Below, one piece after another: positions 16,701-22,962 of a DNA stretch of 25,868 nucleotides. Both the position numbers and the translations under genes were made by a program. The notes beneath the pieces were generated by a model that was not told the origin of the DNA, made no database searches, and saw only the letters and a program-made list of their open reading frames with translations. Position 1 is the first letter of the stretch; every line of letters starts with the position of its first letter. Origin of the DNA: a virus (lineage: Duplodnaviria; Heunggongvirae; Uroviricota; Caudoviricetes); the IMG/VR virus record IMGVR_UViG_3300037067_027627, one strand, 5' to 3'.

Positions 16701-17342
16701 GTCTTGTTCGATGACAAACCATTTCGGGAGGTCATCCGGCGTCATTTTCTTTAATGGAACATTGCGGATAACGGTATACATACCAGTTGCTTCTTTTGTC
16801 CATCCTTTCTTGTCGTAATCTTTCGGGACGAAACTCCCCGGGAACAGGACGTACTGGTTGTGAGTACGAATTTCTCCAGAGTCTTTTCCCTGATACATAA
16901 GCTTTGGATTTTCAGCGAATCCTTTTTCAGCAAAATGACGGGTAAGCCCTCCGTTTATAAAATATAGCTGCAACCCTCCGCTTTTCGTCATTACAGTGAA
17001 TGTGTTGTATTTTTCTACGAGTTCACTTACAATTTCTTTTGGTATGGAGAACTTACCTGCGGTAAGATCGATATCCATAATACAGATACCATCCAGTCTT
17101 GCTACGATTGCAATATTATAGTTTTTCTTGGATACGAGTTCTCTTCCATATTCAAACGAGAACGTTCTGGATTTCCAGCTATCGCTTCCATGCGGAGTTT
17201 TTTCATTAGGACGGATTTCCACGAGCTGAATTTTAACATCAGACGGAAGTTTTTTAAGTGTTTCTACAGATTTGTCGTACTCTGCGAGTCTCTTTATTAA
17301 ACGTTCCGAAACGTTTATATCTGTTGTAGAACCAACACTCAT
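13791..17342 (-). CDS. Primase-polymerase (Prim-Pol) + helix-bundle domain + Fe-S/SF2 helicase-like domain + C-terminal wHTH
   Basis: Prim-Pol: ICIMDIDL, TKSGGLQLYF, GEIRTHNQYVLFPGS. Helix bundle: SRSEADF...FW...DY..TVEKA. Helicase: APPRLGKT, GKDKCC...CENC...VCPYF, LLIIDEDP, STLSRGLDVP. AAGGTGA SD. Confidence 0.85.
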   Translation of the reverse strand: MSVGSTTDINVSERLIKRLAEYDKSVETLKKLPSDVKIQLVEIRPNEKTPHGSDSWKSRTFSFEYGRELVSKKNYNIAIVARLDGICIMDIDLTAGKFSIPKEIVSELVEKYNTFTVMTKSGGLQLYFINGGLTRHFAEKGFAENPKLMYQGKDSGEIRTHNQYVLFPGSFVPKDYDKKGWTKEATGMYTVIRNVPLKKMTPDDLPKWFVIEQDKQKSYKREKIKSYINVNKITTVGITEKMINEVGMTLEEVRSKDKELNDLLSGADHIGDRKSRSEADFRTCIRLDFWRFDDNQRASILQRYRPYDKVFRLDYLLQTVEKARSNEKYNPDYTKILENQITKIKKVDADELPVEIPIAHRWTLLKAPPRLGKTHRAMEWLAKNGGGVYCTNRHEIISHAIEIFRKYIGSGKTAVYLAGKDKCCNRDGGVNCENCPKAPHTFVAAGDTETLSVSKAILDSLTLLHKEQILTPDLLMDNKDVCPYFTLMLAETEADYCFTIPFFLMNKDHVRGVKKQRDLLIIDEDPVCATFYPQGYELMSYSYVGKKSFICNNELGDKIKICDAIDKMISDKKRKPWWDKELVRMTSIINLMNDSINKFIDNPNSERAEELLVEFGKIDISNQYTFEEKGILKKKLAEYEREIDGLHDTTIYDIFAPLIHVGKMPFVWIGNHPKTLQFVANREVLYIPEEYYKHCIIIGATESEMYIRDACGKDYENESEIVEINNFKYSKNFILIRLASDKKKTETRMMYTLMNIIAHENARNNKIGDPTVPFLVLESSKMKQESLQKHMKSQCIISTNDSEIDQFFNWTTGKANIFYSNSTLSRGLDVPFYDVIFADSLNFSVPYWSAMREYYKLEGNTVGVFECNTIITKIISDEVTNSVLRCSPTKDTEFDPINSPGELSTKEMDAKIIVIRESDVTKILPTVRTQMHDHMVAVASEDASTKMNPKLESVAQVIRRIAKKVSRHEQIKNRDRNANLQIKPYCEQVLRQFLKNKVSDSALKGVYFKDISPIMESDKYLSSNLEALNLVDTGIRDYILADPNIKCGWKRSEKALFGLISGVSRFCAKKAPIDVSTSRRRKEEDDKTSKLVLTKPSGFILGEEGFQRNRDQSGGLAPDVRKIGGNGKVSRKKIAATLEGMVKAGLLRSEYDGVQRYYRLPDKSLYGDPPKNAKASNTSDADW

Positions 17343-17398
17343 AGTTCACCTTTCCGTATGGTCACCATCTATCCCCCTATATTGTGCGGTTTGGAGAA

Positions 17399-17433
17399 CT
17401 ATAAATCTTTTCCCGGGTGCGGATTCACCCGGG
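17399..17433 (-). promoter_or_regulatory. GC-rich inverted repeat abutting the BRE-TATA of the primpol gene
   Basis: CCCGGGTG-N6-CACCCGGG (17412..17433) is followed on the minus strand by AAAAG ATTTATAG. Confidence 0.55.
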
Positions 17434-17446
17434 TAATTTTGATCCA

Positions 17447-18139
17447 TCAGTCGCTCCCGATCACCGGTTTGTCTTCAAGCATCAACCCGTTTTCTTTCAC
17501 GAGTTTTTCAGTAAGGCACATGTTGTGGAACTGATCTACGAGCTGTAAAAACCGTTCACGGTATCCTTCGAGCTCATCCTTTGTTATTGTAACAACGTGC
17601 GCGCGCAGATGCGGGTTGGAATATGGATCCGGATGCAGTGATACAAGCATGCACTGCTCTGGAGCACATCCGAGTAATTCGTAATATCCACCCATCTGCA
17701 AACGGTGTGATTCATGGATATCCTTTGACGTTTTGAGATCAACCAGTGTATAAACGTTGGAGATCGGTGCTACAAGATCCGGGGATCCTGCGAACACGTA
17801 TTTTTTACTGTATAACAGCGTTTCGATTTTTCTTGGATACCCGACTTCGAGACCAAGATTATCCCACATGATCTCGCACATCTCTACTTTTTTTGATGCG
17901 TCTTTCGGGAGATCGTCTGGTGAGAAATCTGTAGGATCGAGTAGTTGCGGTGCGAGTTTGTTTAGAATTCTGTAATGAGCAAGCGTTCCAATGATCTGTG
18001 ACGCTTTCATTTTTGCTACACCGCTGGCACCGCTTGCAATCTTCCACCGCGCCAGCCCTTCCGGAACAGGCATTGTGTTACTAATAATCGTAGTTACACT
18101 TGGAAAATATATTCCATCTCTCTTGTAAATATGAACCAA
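17447..18139 (-). CDS. PD-(D/E)XK exonuclease (phage recombination exonuclease, lambda-exo/Cas4-like fold)
   Basis: FPSVTTII, GTLAH, IETLLYS...FAGSPDL...LVDLKTS...LQMGGY. TTG start with an AGGAG SD. Confidence 0.85.
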   Translation of the reverse strand: MVHIYKRDGIYFPSVTTIISNTMPVPEGLARWKIASGASGVAKMKASQIIGTLAHYRILNKLAPQLLDPTDFSPDDLPKDASKKVEMCEIMWDNLGLEVGYPRKIETLLYSKKYVFAGSPDLVAPISNVYTLVDLKTSKDIHESHRLQMGGYYELLGCAPEQCMLVSLHPDPYSNPHLRAHVVTITKDELEGYRERFLQLVDQFHNMCLTEKLVKENGLMLEDKPVIGSD

Positions 18140-18388
18140 TTCTTCATCGCTCCTTCGTCAAGTTTCGTGGAGCATGTATTGCGTTTATGAACTAATATAC
18201 GTTTGGGTTATCGAGGTAAAATGGTCATGCGTGGCGTACTCCGGTGCGATTTCTTCCAGAGAAAGAAACATGAGTTTTCACAGATGGGAAGTATAACAGA
18301 ATACTGTTTCGTGTTGCGAATACAACGTTCGCCCATCCCCACGTTTTATAAATTCCTGTTGTTACGCGTAATCTTCTACAGTTACGTA

Positions 18389-18877
18389 TCATATCGCGCG
18401 TTCTCTCCGTCTTTTGACCGGGGGTGAGCTGGTGCTGTAGAGATTGTTCGGGGCGTATAATATTGGAAACCGGGGTATATTTCCCACGGAGTCTTGTGGA
18501 CTGTGCTTGGATGCTGCTGATACTGTATCACTCCTTGTTACATCTATATGATTGAGTTCTGCTGAAACCCACGAGTACATTCCAATTCCGGTTGCTGCCA
18601 TACATATCGACGGGACGTATCCGCTGCGACCATAAATTGCTGTAAGCCCGAGAGCCATACCGAAAATTACCAAAAGAGAAATATTCATGTTGCGTTCAAG
18701 CCCGGTTTTTTGGTCTTGATAAAGGGGGTCTGTTAATAGTGACGGGCGTAGATTAATGGCGTTCCAGAACGTAAACACGAATCCGCTTGCCACCATAGAT
18801 AGAACAAGATCACGATTTTCCGGATGCAGAAACTTATTCGTTCGCTTATTCGGTAAATCAACAAGAGATTTTCCCAT
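18389..18877 (-). CDS. Membrane protein with about 3 TM helices and a basic tail
   Basis: Hydrophobic segments LVLSMVASGFVFTFW, ISLLVIFGMALGLTAIYG, VPSICMAATGIGMYSWV. Confidence 0.7.
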   Translation of the reverse strand: MGKSLVDLPNKRTNKFLHPENRDLVLSMVASGFVFTFWNAINLRPSLLTDPLYQDQKTGLERNMNISLLVIFGMALGLTAIYGRSGYVPSICMAATGIGMYSWVSAELNHIDVTRSDTVSAASKHSPQDSVGNIPRFPILYAPNNLYSTSSPPVKRRRERAI

Positions 18878-18888
18878 CGTATATTAAG

Positions 18889-18908
18889 TTTATGTGGTAA
18901 CACATAAA
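18889..18908. promoter_or_regulatory. Perfect 8-bp inverted repeat (TTTATGTG-GTAA-CACATAAA) in a divergent intergenic region
   Basis: Seen directly between divergent starts at 18877 and 18949; operator-like. Confidence 0.5.
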
Positions 18909-18948
18909 TAGTTTACTCCCATATACCATTTAATAGTTTTGCGAGGTA

Positions 18949-19410
18949 ATGAAAATGGTTAAGATAACATGCCCTGTATGCGGGGGCAAAGGACATGTAC
19001 CAGTTGATTTTGGTACACCGTATGAGTATCATCCGATTCCGTTTTGGTGGGGTTGCCCTACGACATCGTATACAACGAACCTGCAACACAATCCAACGAT
19101 AACTACCACAACGCAATCGGCAACAGCATCGTGTACGTATTACACGAGTTATGGAAGCAAACCATGTCCGGCTTGTGGTGGAACCGGGTTGCAAGAGTGT
19201 GATCACACGTGCTGCAAGTGTCATAGGAAGTGTTGTTGCCACCACATTAAACCACACGATGAAAAAGAACCGTGTATGACCCCTCAACCGTATATACCGT
19301 TTGAAGGATATATATCAACCGACGTTGGTAATACGTTCACTCTATTTTGTGGTTGCGTGTCTGATCCGTTGCAAAAAACACGTACAAAAAAGAAAACCGA
19401 AGATTTGTAA
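18949..19410 (+). CDS. Cys/His-rich protein with two DnaJ-type CxxCxGxG motifs
   Basis: CPVCGGKG and CPACGGTG flank a Thr-rich linker, followed by CDHTCCKCHRKCCCHH. GAGGT SD; the start may be 18955. Confidence 0.7.
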   Translation: MKMVKITCPVCGGKGHVPVDFGTPYEYHPIPFWWGCPTTSYTTNLQHNPTITTTTQSATASCTYYTSYGSKPCPACGGTGLQECDHTCCKCHRKCCCHHIKPHDEKEPCMTPQPYIPFEGYISTDVGNTFTLFCGCVSDPLQKTRTKKKTEDL

Positions 19411-19413
19411 TTT

Positions 19414-19439
19414 AGGTGGTGAATGTTTATTCACCACCT
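19414..19439. terminator. Perfect 11-bp hairpin between convergent genes, probable bidirectional terminator
   Basis: AGGTGGTGAAT-GTTT-ATTCACCACCT lies exactly between the stops at 19410 (+) and 19442 (-). Confidence 0.7.
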
Positions 19440-19441
19440 GT

Positions 19442-19669
19442 TTACCGTTTTTGATATTTTGTAAGATCAACACCGCGTATGCGGGGCTTTGGTTTGAGTA
19501 GTCCATATGCCCAGTACCCGGCGAGTGCTAATCCAAGACCCAGAATGCCAAACGTAACCAGTGCCGGAGTTTGTGATGAATATTCATCAGACACGGATCT
19601 GCTTCGTATTGGAGTAAGACCATCCCCAAATGTTGGTTCCGGGCGCGGGTTGTAAGTGTGTAATACCAT
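19442..19669 (-). CDS. Small single-pass membrane protein
   Basis: TM ALVTFGILGLGLALAGYWAYGLL followed by a basic tail. Confidence 0.72.
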   Translation of the reverse strand: MVLHTYNPRPEPTFGDGLTPIRSRSVSDEYSSQTPALVTFGILGLGLALAGYWAYGLLKPKPRIRGVDLTKYQKR

Positions 19670-19672
19670 GAG

Positions 19673-19831
19673 TTATCCCCGTCTCGCGTACTTTGATTTC
19701 TTACGGGATCCGAGTGTTGATCCTATAAGTGCAAGTGCTGCCACTCCTCCGATGAGTAGTATGAGGACTGGAATTTTTGTCGTGGGGTCTTCAAAACTTG
19801 CCGCCGATGCATTACCGTTACAGTTGCACAT
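19673..19831 (-). CDS. 52-aa single-pass membrane protein, below the ORF-track cutoff
   Basis: MCNCNGNASAASFEDPTTKIPVLILLIGGVAALALIGSTLGSRKKSKYARRG, with a GAGGT SD. Confidence 0.7.
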   Translation of the reverse strand: MCNCNGNASAASFEDPTTKIPVLILLIGGVAALALIGSTLGSRKKSKYARRG

Positions 19832-19836
19832 GTGAT

Positions 19837-20097
19837 CTACCTCTTCGATGCGTATGATGCGAATTTCTCAGCAGCGATCCATCCGAATACAAGACCGAGC
19901 CCGATGAACGCAAGCGATGATCCTCCGCACACAGCGTCGTCTATAATACTTGCTGCTCGTATTGGGTACCCGTCTTTCGAAACACCGAGAATCGTCCCGG
20001 GAACATACGCTGCCCGAATCGGGTACCCATCTTTTGAGAACCCAAGAACGGATCCAGTGGCGTATGTAGCTCGCATTGGATCATAGAATTGTGCCAT
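19837..20097 (-). CDS. Small single-pass membrane protein with an internal 19-aa tandem repeat
   Basis: MRATYATGSVLGFSKDGYP / IRAAYVPGTILGVSKDGYP / IRAAS, then TM LAFIGLGLVFGWIAA. Confidence 0.75.
   Translation of the reverse strand: MAQFYDPMRATYATGSVLGFSKDGYPIRAAYVPGTILGVSKDGYPIRAASIIDDAVCGGSSLAFIGLGLVFGWIAAEKFASYASKR
19945..20076 (-). repeat. About 2.3 copies of an imperfect 57-bp coding tandem repeat
   Basis: The amino acid repeat is clear; synonymous differences at DNA level. Boundaries approximate. Confidence 0.7.
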
Positions 20098-20289
20098 TTA
20101 TCTCACCAGAAATCCCTTTGCTTTTCCGGATGCAAATTTTGCAGCCCGCGCTCCCAGACCAGCTCCAATAACGCCCTCGTTAACAGCCCATGTATACCCC
20201 ACGTATGCAATAGCTCCGACAAGCGCTGATTTTACCAATGTATCAACAACCTTTGATTCTGCGCAGGTTGTAGTAGTACTGTCAGCCAT
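20098..20289 (-). CDS. Small single-pass membrane protein
   Basis: TM TLVKSALVGAIAYVGYTWAV; the stop TAA is directly adjacent to the next ATG. Confidence 0.72.
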   Translation of the reverse strand: MADSTTTTCAESKVVDTLVKSALVGAIAYVGYTWAVNEGVIGAGLGARAAKFASGKAKGFLVR

Positions 20290-20300
20290 AGGTAATCCTT

Positions 20301-20329
20301 ATCAGTGCGCATATTTAAATATTACTGAT
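20301..20329. promoter_or_regulatory. Symmetric bidirectional promoter centred on ATATTTAAATAT
   Basis: A 12-bp palindrome (20311..20322) flanked by ATCAGT/ACTGAT, nearly equidistant from the divergent ATGs at 20289 and 20342. Confidence 0.65.
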
Positions 20330-20341
20330 GAATAAAGGTCT

Positions 20342-20896
20342 ATGATGGACGAACAGAATGTTGTATACCCGGATGCAATATCAAAAGAGTATACTGCATA
20401 CTTTGACGGAATAGTGACATGGGATCTTACCGGGACTACAGACCCGTTTTATAACAATGTGTTACGCGAATCATTTCCTGTTCGTGGAGATCCGGGAAAA
20501 TTTGATGGGGATCGGTTTCATTGTGAACTCGTGTGGATGCCCGTTGATAAATATATAGATTATCAAATAAGTATTTTACGATATGATGATCCTGCGCGTA
20601 GGGCATATGATGTGGCACTTAGTAATTGTGATCCCGAAGATTTTTTGGATGATCCTGATTATGACCCGTTCGAGGCGTTCGTACTATCGGCAGATTGTGA
20701 TATAATAGAAAGTCTTATATCTGGAATCACAGGAAAATCGTCGGTAATTCCGGCTGGTATACTCGTATACGGGGAAGAGGGTCTGCTTACGGATTATCAG
20801 GAGGGGAGGCATCGCAGTATTGCACTTCATGATTTGGGAATTGGTCTCATTGCGGTGTGGATATTCGAATCTCACCCGAGATCCGAATCTTTATAA
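20342..20896 (+). CDS. Acidic protein with a ParB/Sulfiredoxin-like motif
   Basis: QEGRHRSIALHDLGIGLIAVWIF fits the ParB-N (D/E)GxHRxxA...LG...IPV signature. Confidence 0.62.
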   Translation: MMDEQNVVYPDAISKEYTAYFDGIVTWDLTGTTDPFYNNVLRESFPVRGDPGKFDGDRFHCELVWMPVDKYIDYQISILRYDDPARRAYDVALSNCDPEDFLDDPDYDPFEAFVLSADCDIIESLISGITGKSSVIPAGILVYGEEGLLTDYQEGRHRSIALHDLGIGLIAVWIFESHPRSESL

Positions 20897-20968
20897 ATGT
20901 AGACTACCAACATAAGTAATGTCGAAAATGACCCAATGACGATTCACATTAGTATGGGGTGATCCGAG

Positions 20969-22276
20969 GTGATTCGATATATCCACAACCGTTGGAGAAG
21001 CGCTATGGTAGATAAAGTTAAAGATATTAATCTTGACGAGTTTGTTCAGATGGTTCTTGACCACGACGACGAACTTGCAAAACAGGTATCGGCAAGTGAA
21101 CTGGACGCAACATCAATCATCGGGAAGGCAAAGCCCGGGATTGACCGGTATGGTGTTGCAACAGGTGTGGCATATGCAATTGCTCGCCTGAAAGAAGCTG
21201 TTCTTGAAGCGAATTCCGAGAGTCTGAAAGGACTTCTTGTTGGTCAGCGGGATATGTTCGGAACTAATGCTCCGATTCGTATGCCAGTTCTCAGTTCCAA
21301 GGGAGATCACTCCGAGGTAGTGAACTGGGGTAGCACCGTCAAGTGCGGAGACAACAAGATCGAGATTCCATTCCCGTGCATAGCGAACCTGAAAGTTCTG
21401 CATGACGGGGACTACAAGGGTGTTCCGAATATCCGCGTTGTGTCTGTAGAAAAGTACGAGAATATAAGCATCCCGGATACGATTCTCAGGCTTGGAAAGA
21501 TCGCGAAGCGTGCAGGTGATCTCAGCGGAGCAGATGAACTCAGTGTCGTTGTAGTGCGCGGCAAAATCTCGTATATCGCACCTGCAACCCGGTGGAAGGG
21601 CAAGGAGAAGGACGGATCATGGAACCTTTGGATGCCCAACCAGAGAGACAACCCGGTGAGCCACCCGGTTATGCAGATCAGTCTCGAAAACGAGAACAAC
21701 AACACGGTTCGTGCGGTTTTCGGTCGGCAGCGCATTGCAATCCCCACGATTGCAGTGGAAGACTTTGCAGATCTTTGTCTTGATGCATCGAAGACAATGA
21801 GCGACCCCATCGAACAGGCACGATTCTTTGGAGAGATTTTCAGAGGACGCGAAGTTATTATCGTCGGGTTCATGACGAAATACAACCCGCAGCCCGAGAT
21901 CAACTACATCGAGATCGGTGCATACGCCATCTTCGATGCGAATGTTGGTAAGTCAGAGCCCGCAGAATCACACGCGGATAAACCAACAAAGAAAGTGTCA
22001 AAGCCAGATCCCAAACCATCAACAGATGATGAGGATCAGGACGACGAACCAGCACCAGAAGAGAAAAAGAAGTCGTCTCCTAAGAAATCTGACGCGAAGC
22101 AGAAAGAAGGCACTGGCAGCGTAGAGAAACTCAAGGAGAAGATTCGTCAGTACTGCGAAGTTCTTGATATCAAGGTTGGAGACCTCACACCAGAGAAGGT
22201 AATCGACAACCTCGCAAGGGACAAGAGCAAAGGGTTCGTGATCGAAGTTCTCGAAGAGATGAAGAAAGAAGAGTAG
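20969..22276 (+). CDS. Putative tandem OB-fold ssDNA-binding protein with a charged, disordered C-terminal tail
   Basis: Beta-rich segments (VVVVRGKISYI, GREVIIVGFM...IEIGAYAIF), D/E/K/P tail, position ahead of the SSAP and helicase genes. Start GTG 20969 or ATG 21005. Confidence 0.55.
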   Translation: MIRYIHNRWRSAMVDKVKDINLDEFVQMVLDHDDELAKQVSASELDATSIIGKAKPGIDRYGVATGVAYAIARLKEAVLEANSESLKGLLVGQRDMFGTNAPIRMPVLSSKGDHSEVVNWGSTVKCGDNKIEIPFPCIANLKVLHDGDYKGVPNIRVVSVEKYENISIPDTILRLGKIAKRAGDLSGADELSVVVVRGKISYIAPATRWKGKEKDGSWNLWMPNQRDNPVSHPVMQISLENENNNTVRAVFGRQRIAIPTIAVEDFADLCLDASKTMSDPIEQARFFGEIFRGREVIIVGFMTKYNPQPEINYIEIGAYAIFDANVGKSEPAESHADKPTKKVSKPDPKPSTDDEDQDDEPAPEEKKKSSPKKSDAKQKEGTGSVEKLKEKIRQYCEVLDIKVGDLTPEKVIDNLARDKSKGFVIEVLEEMKKEE

Positions 22277-22286
22277 GTGCCCAAGA

Positions 22287-22910
22287 ATGGCACCAATTTT
22301 TGACAAATCCCGACTTACATCGGACGAGTTCAAGAAATATATCTACGAGATCCCTTTCAAGAACAAGGGCGGGGGCGTGAAGAAAGTAAAAGGCATGACT
22401 GCCGCAGGTTACATTCATGCAATTCACCCGCACCTTAGATCTATCAAGTCAGAGGTTATTTCTCATGGAACCGTAGGCGCACGGAACATACTTGCGTGTG
22501 TTGTAAAAGTTACGGTAACAATATCTCCAGATCTCGATCACCCGGATCGGGTTGTTATGATCGAAGGGCTGGCAGATGGGGATTTGACCGGGGTTCCGTC
22601 TGCGGATACACTTGTCAGAACAGTAGAGACACGGGCTCTCAACCGAGCGCTAGGGCGTGTGCTTGATGTTTCGAATGCAGACCTGAATAATCCTGATGGA
22701 GAACCAGACGAAGAAGAATCCGGGACTCCTGTGTATAGACCGTCTCCATTTGCAGAGAAAATGATCGAACGCAAGGAAAAGACAGAGGCCGAACGCAAGC
22801 GTCTTGCGGAATTAGAGGGTTCGAGTGATGATAAAACCAATCCGGGGCGACTACCTGATAACACGGGATCCGAAGCCAAGGAAGGTTCATCAGAAAAAGA
22901 CGATTGGTAA
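22287..22910 (+). CDS. Rad52/Rad22-like single-strand annealing protein
   Basis: CVVKVTVTI...IEGLADG...VRTVETRALNRALG resembles the Rad52-like SSAP core; acidic C-terminal tail. Confidence 0.62.
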   Translation: MAPIFDKSRLTSDEFKKYIYEIPFKNKGGGVKKVKGMTAAGYIHAIHPHLRSIKSEVISHGTVGARNILACVVKVTVTISPDLDHPDRVVMIEGLADGDLTGVPSADTLVRTVETRALNRALGRVLDVSNADLNNPDGEPDEEESGTPVYRPSPFAEKMIERKEKTEAERKRLAELEGSSDDKTNPGRLPDNTGSEAKEGSSEKDDW

Positions 22911-22962
22911 GAGGGTTGAAAAACCCCTTACCAAATTGTTACGAAACCGTGGTGTAAAGAGA

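Noticed and set aside
17447-18139. Cas4 / CRISPR adaptation role for the exonuclease
   Set aside because: The four-Cys Fe-S pattern of Cas4 is absent and there are no cas genes or array nearby.
18225-18392. 55-aa ORF starting at ATG 18392 overlapping the upstream stop
   Set aside because: The ATGA overlap is suggestive, but the product has no recognisable features and competes with another micro-ORF in the gap.
18949-19410. Calling this gene dnaJ
   Set aside because: No J domain or HPD motif; only two CxxCxGxG repeats.
22825-22962. N-terminal extension of the helicase ORF
   Set aside because: It overlaps the end of the SSAP gene and has no helicase features; ATG 22963 is preferred.
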